In this document: positions 19,895 to 30,162 of the stretch, piece by piece | Position numbering within the stretch: the stretch's first letter is position 1 | Layout: every line of letters begins with the position of its first letter | Assembly: GCA_017514685.1 (NCBI GenBank) | Contig: JAFWJN010000028.1 | Location: 910 to 64,909, forward strand | Length of the DNA stretch: 64,000 bases | Source of the DNA: Clostridia bacterium | GTDB lineage: Bacteria > Bacillota > Clostridia > Christensenellales > CAG-138 | Reading direction: 5' to 3' | Program-made: the position numbers and the translations under genes | Notes under the pieces: model-generated | Database searches by the model: none | What the model saw: only the letters and a program-made list of their open reading frames with translations | Told to the model about the DNA's origin: nothing

Positions 19895-22300
19895 ATGGCA
19901 GAACGTTATGACTTTGCCGCTATTGAAAAGAAATGGCAGTCCTTCTGGGAAGAGCATCAGTGCTTTGCCGCAGAAGATGATTTCACAAAACCGAAGTTTT
20001 ATGGCCTGGTGGAATTTCCGTATCCTTCGGGAGCGGGGATGCATGTCGGGCATATTAAGGCATATACCAGTCTGGAAGTGATTTCCCGCAAACGCAGAAT
20101 GCAGGGATACAATGTCCTTTTCCCGATGGGCTTTGACTCGTTCGGGCTTCCTGCGGAGAATTATGCAATCAAGACCAATACCCATCCGCATGTGATCACG
20201 ACAGCGAATGTGGAACATTTCAAGGATCAGATGAAGAGAGTCGGATACTCTTTTGACTGGACCCGCGAGATTTCAACCTCCCTGCCGGATTATTATCACT
20301 GGACGCAGTGGATCTTCCGCAAGATGTTTGATCACGGTCTGGTGTTCCGCGCCAAGACCCAGGTCAACTACTGCCCGCACTGCAAAGTCGTTCTGTCAAA
20401 CGAGGACTCCCAGGGCGGCAAGTGTGACGTGTGCCACAGCGATGTCATTCAGTTGCCGAAAGATGTCTGGTATCTGAAAATCACGCAGTACGCCGACAGA
20501 CTGCTGTCCGGACTTGACACGGTGGATTATCCGGATTCCATCAAACAGCAGGAAATCGACTGGATCGGCAAATCGGTCGGTGCATTCGTCAACTTTGAGA
20601 TCAAGGAAATTCCTGAAAAACTGGAAATCTATACGACCCGCTGCGATACGCTGTTCGGCGTTACGTTTATGGTCATGGCTCCCGAACATCCGATGCTAGA
20701 CCAGTACAAGGAAAAGGTCCGCAACTGGGATGAGGTGGAAGCATACCGTGCGGAATGCGCGAAGAAGACCGAGTTCGAGCGGACTCAGCTTGTAAAAGAC
20801 AAGACCGGTGTGCGGCTGGACGGTCTGACGGCAGTCAACCCCGTAAACGGAAAAGAGATCCCGATCTTCCTTGCGGATTATGTCATGATGGGATACGGCA
20901 CGGGAGCAATCATGGCGGTACCTGCACATGACCAGAGAGACTGGGAGTTTGCGAAGAAATACGGCGTGGATATCATTCCCGTCATTTCCGGCGGAGACAT
21001 CGAAAAAGAAGCGTACACAGGAAACGGACAGATGATCAATTCCGGTTTCCTGAACGCATATGACAACAAGAAGGATTCTATCGCCGCGATGCTGGAGTAT
21101 CTCGGAGAAAAAGGCATCGGACACAAAGGCGTTCAGTACAAAATGAAGGACTGGGCGTTCAACCGTCAGCGCTACTGGGGAGAACCGATTCCGCTGATTC
21201 ATTGCCCCAAGTGCGGAACAGTCGGAGTTCCTTATGAAGAGCTTCCGTTAAAACTGCCGGATGTGGAGAATTTTGAACCCGGTACGGACGGACAGTCTCC
21301 TCTTGCGAGGATCGAGTCATTCGTGAACTGCACATGCCCGAACTGCAAAGGACCGGCAAAGCGTGAAACGGATACCATGCCTCAGTGGGCAGGATCTTCC
21401 TGGTACTATCTGAGATTCATCGATCCGAAGAATGATAAGGTATTCTGCGATCCGGAAAAGATGCGCTACTGGATGCCGGTCGACTGGTATAACGGAGGAA
21501 TGGAGCATGTCACAAGGCACTTGCTGTATTCCAGATTCTGGCATCAGTTCTTATATGATCTCGGCGAAGTCAATACGCCGGAACCGTATGCAAAGAGAAC
21601 CTATCAGGGACTGATCCTCGGACCGGACGGGGACAAGATGAGCAAATCCAAGGGCAATGTCGTGGACCCGCTTGAGGTCATTGACCGGCTCGGCGCGGAT
21701 ACGCTCCGTACTTATGTTATGTTCATGGGCGACTATATGGCCGCCACTCCCTGGAACGAAGAATCCGCAAACGGATGCAAACGCTTCCTGGATCGCGTCT
21801 GGCGCCTGCAGGATATGGTGCAGGGCGAGGGAGATACAGATGCTGCGCAGCGCAGCGCAGTACATGCCTGCATTAAAAAAGTCTCGGAAGATATTGAGCG
21901 CATGAAGTTCAACACTGCAATCTCCGCTATGATGTCTTTAGTGAATGACTTTTATGCCAAGGGCAGACTGACAAAGGACGAACTGCATACCCTGCTGCTC
22001 CTCCTGTCACCGTTTGCCCCGCATCTTGCAGAGGAAATGAATGAGAGACTCGGGTATGAGCCTCTGCATCACGCACCGTGGCCTGCATATGACGAGAACG
22101 CGCTTAAAGTCGCGGAAATCGAGTACGGCGTGCAGGTAAACGGTAAGATCCGCGCACGGGTATCCCTGCCCGCGGACGCGGACAAAGCCGCTGTGGAAGC
22201 AGCAGCCAAAGCTAACTCCGATGTTCTGCCTTATCTTGAAGGAAAAACGGTCCGCAAGGTTATCGTTGTCAAGAATATCGTGAACATCGTAGTCGGATAA
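19895..22300 (+). CDS. leuS: Leucine--tRNA ligase
   Basis: FPYPSG.GMHVGH, editing domain GYGTGAIMAVPAHD, RQRYWGEPIP and KMSKS motifs. Confidence 0.97.
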   Translation: MAERYDFAAIEKKWQSFWEEHQCFAAEDDFTKPKFYGLVEFPYPSGAGMHVGHIKAYTSLEVISRKRRMQGYNVLFPMGFDSFGLPAENYAIKTNTHPHVITTANVEHFKDQMKRVGYSFDWTREISTSLPDYYHWTQWIFRKMFDHGLVFRAKTQVNYCPHCKVVLSNEDSQGGKCDVCHSDVIQLPKDVWYLKITQYADRLLSGLDTVDYPDSIKQQEIDWIGKSVGAFVNFEIKEIPEKLEIYTTRCDTLFGVTFMVMAPEHPMLDQYKEKVRNWDEVEAYRAECAKKTEFERTQLVKDKTGVRLDGLTAVNPVNGKEIPIFLADYVMMGYGTGAIMAVPAHDQRDWEFAKKYGVDIIPVISGGDIEKEAYTGNGQMINSGFLNAYDNKKDSIAAMLEYLGEKGIGHKGVQYKMKDWAFNRQRYWGEPIPLIHCPKCGTVGVPYEELPLKLPDVENFEPGTDGQSPLARIESFVNCTCPNCKGPAKRETDTMPQWAGSSWYYLRFIDPKNDKVFCDPEKMRYWMPVDWYNGGMEHVTRHLLYSRFWHQFLYDLGEVNTPEPYAKRTYQGLILGPDGDKMSKSKGNVVDPLEVIDRLGADTLRTYVMFMGDYMAATPWNEESANGCKRFLDRVWRLQDMVQGEGDTDAAQRSAVHACIKKVSEDIERMKFNTAISAMMSLVNDFYAKGRLTKDELHTLLLLLSPFAPHLAEEMNERLGYEPLHHAPWPAYDENALKVAEIEYGVQVNGKIRARVSLPADADKAAVEAAAKANSDVLPYLEGKTVRKVIVVKNIVNIVVG

Positions 22301-22323
22301 ACCATATTCAGGAGGACTAAATC

Positions 22324-23163
22324 ATGTTGGCAGAAGAACTGACTTGGGGCGGACAGCTTTCGCAGAGCATTGCGGAGCAGTTTGGAAACGGTGTTGCCGG
22401 CATTGCAATGAAAATCGTTGCGGCGCTTGCAATCCTGTTGATTGGCACATTACTGGTGAAAGGGCTCATGAAACTGATCTTGAAGATGCCCTGGAACAAA
22501 AACTTGGATTCTGAAGTAAAGACATTTGTCAACAGTGCGATCAAAGTGCTGTGCTACACACTGGTTGTCCTGCTCGCAGTTGCAACAGTCGGTGTTCCGA
22601 TTGCATCGATCATAGCGGTCCTCGGTTCCTGCGGACTGGCAGTCGGTCTGGCACTGCAGGGCTCCCTGGCGAACCTTGCAGGTGGCATTATGCTGCTGAT
22701 CTTCCGTCCGTTCAGAGTCGGAGATTATATCACTGACGGTTCCAATGAAGGAACGGTAAAAGAGATCAATCTGTTCTATACGACAATCGCAACGGCAGAT
22801 AATCTGAAACTTACAGTTCCGAATGCCGGCCTTTCCAATGCATCAATCAAGAATCTCAGCGCAAATGAGACCCGCCGTCTCGACATCGATGTTACTCTGA
22901 GCCCTGCGGCGGATAAGGAAAAAGTCTGCCAGCTCATGCTTGATTGCGCAAAGAACAATGAAAATGTTCTGGATGATCCCGCTCCCGAGGCACTGGTCAT
23001 TGTAACCGATGGCGGCCTTCCGACATTCCGTCTCCGCACGTGGTTCAAATCCGGAAACTACTGGGCTGTCTATTTCGCTCTGAATGAAGCTGTTCAGACA
23101 GCATTGAAAGCAAATGATGTGCCTCTTGCGCATGCGCAGGTGGATATTCATACGGATAAATAA
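22324..23163 (+). CDS. mscS: Small-conductance mechanosensitive channel
   Basis: GLAVGLALQGSLANLAGG..PFRVGD..GTVKEI..VPN signature. Confidence 0.9.
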   Translation: MLAEELTWGGQLSQSIAEQFGNGVAGIAMKIVAALAILLIGTLLVKGLMKLILKMPWNKNLDSEVKTFVNSAIKVLCYTLVVLLAVATVGVPIASIIAVLGSCGLAVGLALQGSLANLAGGIMLLIFRPFRVGDYITDGSNEGTVKEINLFYTTIATADNLKLTVPNAGLSNASIKNLSANETRRLDIDVTLSPAADKEKVCQLMLDCAKNNENVLDDPAPEALVIVTDGGLPTFRLRTWFKSGNYWAVYFALNEAVQTALKANDVPLAHAQVDIHTDK

Positions 23164-23226
23164 TATATGAATCCCAAGAGCTTTGCCGGCCTTCACCAGC
23201 AAAGCACTTTTTCTTAAGGAGGTTTT

Positions 23227-24462
23227 ATGAATACATTGCTACGTTCCCAGGCAGATCTAATCGTAAAGGAAGCGATTGCCTCCGTGCAGCCGGATGCTGC
23301 TGTGCAGCGCGCGCTTTCAAAGATGATTTTCCCCGGCAGGGTACTGCTTGTCGCTGCAGGAAAAGCTGCATGGCAGATGGCTAAGGCTGCGTCTGACACA
23401 TTGGGCAGCCGTATAGAAAAGGGTGTTGTTGTCACGAAATACGGACATGTGACAGGTCCGATTGCAAACTTTGATTGCTTTGAAGCCGGTCACCCGGTAC
23501 CGGATGAGAATTCGTTCAAAGGCACGCAGGCGGCGCTTGATCTTGTTTCGGATCTGAGTGATCAGGATACCGTGCTGTTCCTTCTCTCCGGCGGCGGCAG
23601 CGCACTGTTTGAGAAGCCGCTTGTACCGGCGGCCGAACTTCAGGACATCACCGGACAGCTTTTGGCCTGCGGGGCAGATATTACGGAGATCAACACGATC
23701 CGGAAACGCCTGTCCGCGGTCAAAGGCGGACGTTTTGCGCAGATCTGCTGGCCTGCGAAGGTGGAAGCTGTCATTCTTTCCGACATTCTCGGCGATCCGC
23801 TCGACATGATTGCATCCGGTCCGGCCTGCCCGGATTCCTCCACTGCAGAAGACGCGCAGCGTATTGCGAAAAAGTATGCGCTGAAGATGAGCGATGCTGC
23901 TAAGGCGCTATTGGATATTGAAACGCCGAAAGTGCTGAACAACGTCCGTTCGCAGATCAACGGAAGTGTGAGAGAATTGTGCGCTGCGGCGGCAAAAACC
24001 TGTGCCGAACTCGGATATACCCCGGTTCTTCTGACAGACCAGCTCTGCTGTCAGGCGAAGGAAGCGGGCAGTTTTCTTGCATCGATTCTGAAAACGCATC
24101 TGTTTGACGGACAGTCCCTTGCATTTATTGCGGGAGGGGAGACGGTTGTCAAACTGATCGGAAAAGGAAAGGGCGGACGCAACCAGGAGCTGGCACTTGC
24201 TGCGGCAACCGGTATTGCGAATATGCCGAACGCAGCTGTCTTCTCGGTAGGCAGCGATGGAACCGATGGTCCTACGGATGCCGCAGGCGGATATGTTGAC
24301 GGTGAGACAGTCGGGGAGCTGGCGTTGAACAACCTTACAGTCGATGATGTGCTGCAGAACAACGATGCGTATCATGCTCTGCAAAAAATCGGAGGGCTCA
24401 TTATGACCGGTCCGACCGGAACAAATGTCAATGATGTTGCCGTTGCATTGCTAAAAGCATAA
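23227..24462 (+). CDS. Glycerate 2-kinase (TtuD/GckA, MOFRL family)
   Basis: AGKAA, HPVPD, SGGGSAL, GGETVV, GGRNQE, DGTDG and TGTNVND motifs. Confidence 0.92.
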   Translation: MNTLLRSQADLIVKEAIASVQPDAAVQRALSKMIFPGRVLLVAAGKAAWQMAKAASDTLGSRIEKGVVVTKYGHVTGPIANFDCFEAGHPVPDENSFKGTQAALDLVSDLSDQDTVLFLLSGGGSALFEKPLVPAAELQDITGQLLACGADITEINTIRKRLSAVKGGRFAQICWPAKVEAVILSDILGDPLDMIASGPACPDSSTAEDAQRIAKKYALKMSDAAKALLDIETPKVLNNVRSQINGSVRELCAAAAKTCAELGYTPVLLTDQLCCQAKEAGSFLASILKTHLFDGQSLAFIAGGETVVKLIGKGKGGRNQELALAAATGIANMPNAAVFSVGSDGTDGPTDAAGGYVDGETVGELALNNLTVDDVLQNNDAYHALQKIGGLIMTGPTGTNVNDVAVALLKA

Positions 24463-24478
24463 CCAGATTAAAACGGTC

Positions 24479-24514
24479 AAGGGAGGCGCTTCGTAAAGAA
24501 GCAGCCTCTCTTTT
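24479..24514 (+). terminator. Terminator after the glycerate kinase gene
   Basis: AAGGGAGGCGCTTC-GTAAA-GAAGCAGCCTCTCTTTT. Confidence 0.65.
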
Positions 24515-24591
24515 ACTTCCGCTTTCCACACGGATGGCAGAAAAAGGAACGGTTGCCGCGAAAGAATCATGGTCGATGTAATATTGCCGTA

Positions 24592-24644
24592 TTGACAAAC
24601 AAGAGAAAAGAGTTTAATATAATTATCGTTACATAACGACAATT
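24592..24644 (+). promoter_or_regulatory. Promoter and probable TetR operator
   Basis: TTGACA-17-TAATAT followed by the near-perfect palindrome AATTATCGTTACATAACGACAATT (24621-24644). Confidence 0.65.
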
Positions 24645-24663
24645 ACATTAAAGAGAAAGGAAA

Positions 24664-25239
24664 ATGAGTATGCCGCCAAAGGCAAGGATTACAAGGGATA
24701 TGATCGTTCAGGCAGCCATTGAAGTTGCCAGACAAAGTGGATATGAGAATATCAATGCGAGGACAGTCTCCAGACAACTGCACTGCTCCACTCAGCCGGT
24801 CATGTATCATTTTTCAACCATTGACGCTATGAAACGCGCTGCTTATGATCAGGTCGATCAACTGCATTCAGAGTATATGATGGCAATTCCGCCGGACCAG
24901 GATCCGATCCTTGGAATCGGTTTGAATTATATCCGATTCTCCGTAGAGGAACCGCAGCTGTTCCGCTTTCTGTTTCAATCCGGATATGCAGAGGAAAACA
25001 GCGTGCTGGAAATGATCGATTCCGAAGAACTGATCCCTGTTCTTGCCGCCATGCAGGAAGGTTCCGGACTGAGCATGGAAAAAACGAAGCAGGTGTTTCT
25101 GACCGTGGCGCTGTTCGCACACGGCTATGCCAGCATTATTGCCAATAATGGTCTGGAATATGACGAAAAACTAATCGCAAAGCATCTGGAACAGGCCTGG
25201 AACGGTGCTTTTCTAGCGGCTACTCAGGAGGAAAAGTGA
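24664..25239 (+). CDS. TetR/AcrR-family regulator
   Basis: PPKARITRDMI..A....G...INAR.V...L.CSTQPVMYHF HTH; WHG-type C-terminus (AHGYA). Confidence 0.9.
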   Translation: MSMPPKARITRDMIVQAAIEVARQSGYENINARTVSRQLHCSTQPVMYHFSTIDAMKRAAYDQVDQLHSEYMMAIPPDQDPILGIGLNYIRFSVEEPQLFRFLFQSGYAEENSVLEMIDSEELIPVLAAMQEGSGLSMEKTKQVFLTVALFAHGYASIIANNGLEYDEKLIAKHLEQAWNGAFLAATQEEK

Positions 25240-25240
25240 A

Positions 25241-25990
25241 ATGAAGAATCTGTATGAAAAAAAACCTGTGCTTTTTGCGGTGCTGTTCATCGTGCTGTAC
25301 TGCACAGTGACCATTCCCATTCGGGGCGAATACGGCGATGGCAGCATCCAATCTTTGCTTGGGCTGTCTGCTGTTACAGTCATTATTGCAATCGTTAGCA
25401 GTGTGATTCCACTTTGGAAAAAGGTAGGAGTTGCCGCAAAACCACAGAACGTTCGTCTGTGCCTGTACTTTCTTCCCATGATTCTTCTTGCCACCGGCAA
25501 CATCTGGGACGGCTTCGAACTGAACTATAGTGGCGTTAACCTTTGGTACGCGATCGGTTCTATGGCATTGGTCGGCTTTGTGGAGGAAATGATCTTCCGG
25601 GGCTTTCTGTTCCGTGCTTTGCTGAAAAAGCGCGGTCCCAAGGTCGCCATCATCGTGTCTGCCGTGACCTTTGGGATCGGTCATATCGTGAACCTTCTGG
25701 CAGGTATGGCAACCCTTGATAATTTGATGATGATCATCTTCGCCGTAGCGTGGGGTTTCATCTTCACTATGGTCTATTATAAGTCCGGCAGTCTGTTTCT
25801 CTGCATTCTGGTGCATGCCGTTGTGGATGTGCTTTCCACTGTTGCCGCGGAGACCGCATGGGGCAGCTGGCTCTATATTGGCACGACCGTTGTGATTGGC
25901 GTTGCCTACAGTCTGTATCTGGCAAAACGCGTTGAGACCCCGATGATCCATAGGACGGACATGCAAGAGAAATCTGTGAAGGGCGCTTAG
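25241..25990 (+). CDS. CPBP/CAAX-family intramembrane glutamic endopeptidase
   Basis: EEMIFRG, FGIGH and HAVVD motifs; multi-TM. Confidence 0.88.
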   Translation: MKNLYEKKPVLFAVLFIVLYCTVTIPIRGEYGDGSIQSLLGLSAVTVIIAIVSSVIPLWKKVGVAAKPQNVRLCLYFLPMILLATGNIWDGFELNYSGVNLWYAIGSMALVGFVEEMIFRGFLFRALLKKRGPKVAIIVSAVTFGIGHIVNLLAGMATLDNLMMIIFAVAWGFIFTMVYYKSGSLFLCILVHAVVDVLSTVAAETAWGSWLYIGTTVVIGVAYSLYLAKRVETPMIHRTDMQEKSVKGA

Positions 25991-26290
25991 AAACGGCTTG
26001 CTTCTTATGTCAAATGTCAAAAGAAGGATGGCGGAATATATTTAGAAAGATGATTAACGTTTGGTGCTTCAGTGTAGGGCATCGATACTAAAAAACAAAG
26101 AAACAGTGGAGAGAAATTAGTTTTTCTTCACTGTTTTGCTTTTCGTACGAACCTGTCATTTATAAGAGAATCAGAGCCGGGATCGGAAGAGGAAGAATAA
26201 CAGAAACCGTGGACGTATTTTTTTAGTTTCGCTTTTCAATTATCATAAATTCTGCTATACTATAAAAAGCAATACTATGGAGGTAGCTCA

Positions 26291-27139
26291 ATGGCTTACG
26301 CAGATGATGTATTTATAAAGATGTGCAGAGACATCATAGATAACGGTGTCGATACAACAGGGGAAAAGGTTCGTCCGCATTGGCCGGACGGGACACCTGC
26401 ATATACTGTCAAAAAATTCGGGGTTGTCAACCGTTATGATTTGACAAAAGAGTTTCCAATTATGACGCTTCGAAGAACTGCTATTAAATCCGCTGTCGAT
26501 GAAATCCTGTGGATCTGGCAGAAAAAGTCGAACAATATTCATGATCTGCATTCTCATATCTGGGATGAATGGGCAAATGAAGACGGTTCGATCGGAAAAG
26601 CGTACGGATATCAAATGTCAGTAAAGCATCAGTACAAAGAGGGTATGTTTGACATGGTCGACCGCGTACTGTTCGATCTGAAAAACAATCCTTACAGCAG
26701 GCGCATCATGACAAACATCTATACGTTTGCGGATCTGCATGAAATGAATCTGTATCCCTGCGCATACAGCATGACGTTCAACTGCACGAAGAACAAGGAA
26801 ACAGGAAAACTCGTTTTGAATGCGATCCTGAATCAGAGATCCAATGACGTTCTTGCCGCCAATAACTGGAATGTCGTTCAGTATGCGGCATTAGTGCACA
26901 TGATGGCTCAGGTTTCGGATATGGAGCCTGGAGAATTCGTGCATGTCATCGCAGACGCTCATATCTATGACCGCCATATTCCGCTGATTGAAGAATTGAT
27001 CAAGCGTGAACCCTTCCCGGCGCCGAAGTTCATTCTGAACCCGGAAGTTAAGAATTTCTATGATTTCAAGCCGGAAGATGTTCAGCTGGAGAATTATCAG
27101 TTTGGCGAACAGATCAAAAACATCCCGATTGCAATCTGA
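26291..27139 (+). CDS. thyA: Thymidylate synthase
   Basis: PYSRR, LYPCAY, QRSND, N..QY and HIYDRH motifs. Confidence 0.96.
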   Translation: MAYADDVFIKMCRDIIDNGVDTTGEKVRPHWPDGTPAYTVKKFGVVNRYDLTKEFPIMTLRRTAIKSAVDEILWIWQKKSNNIHDLHSHIWDEWANEDGSIGKAYGYQMSVKHQYKEGMFDMVDRVLFDLKNNPYSRRIMTNIYTFADLHEMNLYPCAYSMTFNCTKNKETGKLVLNAILNQRSNDVLAANNWNVVQYAALVHMMAQVSDMEPGEFVHVIADAHIYDRHIPLIEELIKREPFPAPKFILNPEVKNFYDFKPEDVQLENYQFGEQIKNIPIAI

Positions 27140-27172
27140 CAGGTTGGCAATCAGCATAAACAGGAGCAGATA

Positions 27173-27718
27173 ATGATTGAAATCGTAAATGTCAGCCAGA
27201 ACTGGGCAATCGGGCGAAAAGGCGGACTGATGATCCATATTCCAGCGGACATGCAGTATTTCCGCAGGATGACCAAGGGAAAGACCTGCATCATGGGGAG
27301 TACGACGCTGGAAAGCTTTCCGAATATGGCACCTTTGAAAGACAGGGTCAATATCGTTCTGATCGACGATGACAGAAAAAAACGTCCGGAATCGGTCGCA
27401 GCACAGGAGAAGGATGCTGCCGAAGGCAGATCAACGAAACTGATTTATGTGCATTCCCCTCAGGAAGCGTGCGAACTGGTGAAAGATCTTCCAAAGGACG
27501 ATGTCTATGTAATCGGAGGCGCCAGCATTTATCGCCTGATGCTTCCTTACTGTGACACTTGTCTTGTTACTCATAATGATCTGTCAGAGGAAGGAGCCGA
27601 TACTTATTATCCGGATCTGACAGCGACAGGAGAGTGGACAATGACGGAGGAAGGAGAACCGCAGCAGTATGAAGGAGTTACCTTCCGCTTCTGCCGCTAC
27701 GAACGGAAAAACTCATGA
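27173..27718 (+). CDS. folA: Dihydrofolate reductase (atypical cofactor site)
   Basis: WAIG, IPADM..F, PL..R.NIVL, VIGGASIY and ADTYYP motifs; follows thyA. Confidence 0.92.
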   Translation: MIEIVNVSQNWAIGRKGGLMIHIPADMQYFRRMTKGKTCIMGSTTLESFPNMAPLKDRVNIVLIDDDRKKRPESVAAQEKDAAEGRSTKLIYVHSPQEACELVKDLPKDDVYVIGGASIYRLMLPYCDTCLVTHNDLSEEGADTYYPDLTATGEWTMTEEGEPQQYEGVTFRFCRYERKNS

Positions 27719-28212
27719 TTCCGGCTCATCTTTCCAAGCACTTCACGGTAAAGGTCATTGAGGATAAGGACACAGAAGCGGTACTTTCGCTGATGCGGTC
27801 GAATCCGCAGTATTTCCGGCATTGTCCCCCGGAACCGAGTGAAGAAACGATTGCACATGACCGGATTGCCTTACCGCCCCGAAACGTACCGGAGGATAAA
27901 TATTATCTCGGATTCTGGGATGGAGAAAAACTGGCGGCAGTTTTAGACTTGATTGTAAGATGCCCGAATCATGAGACGGCGTTCATCGGCTTCTTAATGA
28001 TGGATTTCGCATATCAGGGAAAGGGCATAGGTTCTTCGTTGATTGAAGAAATATTGAAGGAAATTGCGAAAGAGTACCGCTTTGTACGGCTTATGGTTGT
28101 GATAACCAATGAACAGGCAAAGCATTTCTGGAGCAAGAATCATTTTCAACCAACCGGATTGGTTCTGACACAGCCGGATTATACTGTTGAAATCCTGGAA
28201 AGATCTCTGTAA
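27715..28212 (+). CDS. GNAT-family N-acetyltransferase
   Basis: QGKGIG acetyl-CoA motif and N..A..FW...F. Confidence 0.85.
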   Translation: MIPAHLSKHFTVKVIEDKDTEAVLSLMRSNPQYFRHCPPEPSEETIAHDRIALPPRNVPEDKYYLGFWDGEKLAAVLDLIVRCPNHETAFIGFLMMDFAYQGKGIGSSLIEEILKEIAKEYRFVRLMVVITNEQAKHFWSKNHFQPTGLVLTQPDYTVEILERSL

Positions 28213-28347
28213 CGGAGCCAATGTAATTTATTCGGGAACCCCTTTTGAGGGGTTTCTGTTTTCGATTCGTAATAATCGTGTAAGCATATGCACGATACCG
28301 TTTTCTATGATAAACTGTTAATACTTTGAACTTGAAGTGGACAGAAC

Positions 28348-30162
28348 ATGAGCAAACAACAGAACAACAGAAAAAAAGCAGGCATTTCCGAACTGATTCC
28401 CTGCACGAAGGGATATCGGGTTCCTGCTGTTATAACTCCTCTTCTTATGATTGGCGAAGTGTCGCTGGAAGTGATGATCCCACTGCTGATGGCAGCGCTT
28501 GTGGACGGAGGTCTGTACCGTAAGGAAACCTATCAGCTGCAGGACTTTATCAGCCGGCTGCCGATTCAGAACAATCTGCAGTTCGTGCTGTGGGTCGGAG
28601 GACTGATGGTAATCGCATCGCTGTTTTCCCTGACCTTCGGAGCGCTTGCAGCACGTACTTCTGCGGTAGCGAGCATGGGGTTTGCCAAGAATCTCCGGCA
28701 GAAGATCTTTCAGAAGATTCAGTCTTTTTCTTTTAAAAACACGGACCGTTTTCAGACTTCATCGCTGGTCATGCGGACAACGACCGATGTCAATAACCTC
28801 CAGAATATCTACCAGCAGCTTCTGCGGATCTTTGTCCGCACGCCGCTCATGATGATCCTGGCTGCTATCATGGCTTTTCGGATCAATGCGGAACTTGCCT
28901 TTATTTTTGTATTCGCGATTCCGGTGATTGCAATTCTGATGGTCTTCATGGTCCGCTGGGGATTTTCGCGTTTCCAGGTCATGCTGAAAAAATACGATAC
29001 GATGAACGGGGCAGTGCAGGAAAATCTGATTGCTGCCCGCGTCGTTAAGTCGTTTGTCCGTGAGAAGTATGAGATTTCCAAGTTTGATGCTTCGGCAGAT
29101 GATCTTCAGAAGGCGCAGATCCATGCACAGAAACTGTTCGCACTGGCAAGTCCGATCCAGCTTGGCATCATGTGGACATGCTCTTTGATTCTGCTCGCAC
29201 TGGGCGGCATGAGAGTCATTGACCCCAATTCAGGACTGCATATCGGAGAGCTGACTTCTCTGATGAGTTATTCCACGCAGGTGATTTCTTCCCTGCTGAT
29301 GATTTCCTTTCTCGTCATCGGATTGTCCATGACAAAAGCATCTCTTGACCGTGTCAAAGAGATATTCGATGAACAGCTGGATATTGTATCTCCGGAAAAT
29401 GGAATCCGGGAAGTTGAGAATGGGGAAGTCGTATTTGAGCATGTCGATTTCAGCTATTCGAACAACGCAGAGAAATTGAATCTGAAAGATATCAACTTGC
29501 ACATCGCTTCCGGACAGACGGTCGGTATCATCGGGGGAACAGGAGAAGGCAAATCCACTCTGGTTCAGTTGATCCCCCGTTTGTATGATATTATGAACGG
29601 CAGTCTCCGTGTCGGAGGTCATGATGTGCGAGAGTATGATCTTGAGACGCTTCGTGACAGCGTTTCCATGGTTCTTCAGAAGAACATGCTGTTTTCAGGG
29701 AGTATCCGGGACAACATGCGCTGGGGAAATCCGAATGCCACGGATGAACAGATACGGGAAGCATGCAAAATTGCATGCGCTGATGATTTTGTCATGAGCT
29801 TTCCGGACGGATATGATACCGATCTGGGACAGGGCGGCAGCAACGTTTCCGGAGGACAGAAACAGCGTCTGTGCATAGCAAGAGCCATTCTGAAGGAACC
29901 GAAGATCCTGATTCTGGACGACTCCACAAGCGCGGTCGATACTGCGACGGATGAACGCATCCGGCAGGGGTTCAAGACCATGCTTCCGGGAACAACGAAA
30001 ATTATAATTGCCCAGAGAATTGCCTCGGTCATCGAATCCGATCAGATCATCGTCATGGATCACGGAACGATCTCCGATGTCGGGACCCATGACGAGCTGA
30101 TGCAGCGGTCGACGATTTACCGCGAAGTCTATGCGTCACAGAATAAGGAGGTGGATGAGTAA
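28348..30162 (+). CDS. ABC exporter subunit A (TMD+NBD) of a heterodimeric multidrug-type exporter
   Basis: GGTGEGKST, VSGGQ, degenerate Walker B LDDST and IAQR switch. Confidence 0.93.
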   Translation: MSKQQNNRKKAGISELIPCTKGYRVPAVITPLLMIGEVSLEVMIPLLMAALVDGGLYRKETYQLQDFISRLPIQNNLQFVLWVGGLMVIASLFSLTFGALAARTSAVASMGFAKNLRQKIFQKIQSFSFKNTDRFQTSSLVMRTTTDVNNLQNIYQQLLRIFVRTPLMMILAAIMAFRINAELAFIFVFAIPVIAILMVFMVRWGFSRFQVMLKKYDTMNGAVQENLIAARVVKSFVREKYEISKFDASADDLQKAQIHAQKLFALASPIQLGIMWTCSLILLALGGMRVIDPNSGLHIGELTSLMSYSTQVISSLLMISFLVIGLSMTKASLDRVKEIFDEQLDIVSPENGIREVENGEVVFEHVDFSYSNNAEKLNLKDINLHIASGQTVGIIGGTGEGKSTLVQLIPRLYDIMNGSLRVGGHDVREYDLETLRDSVSMVLQKNMLFSGSIRDNMRWGNPNATDEQIREACKIACADDFVMSFPDGYDTDLGQGGSNVSGGQKQRLCIARAILKEPKILILDDSTSAVDTATDERIRQGFKTMLPGTTKIIIAQRIASVIESDQIIVMDHGTISDVGTHDELMQRSTIYREVYASQNKEVDE

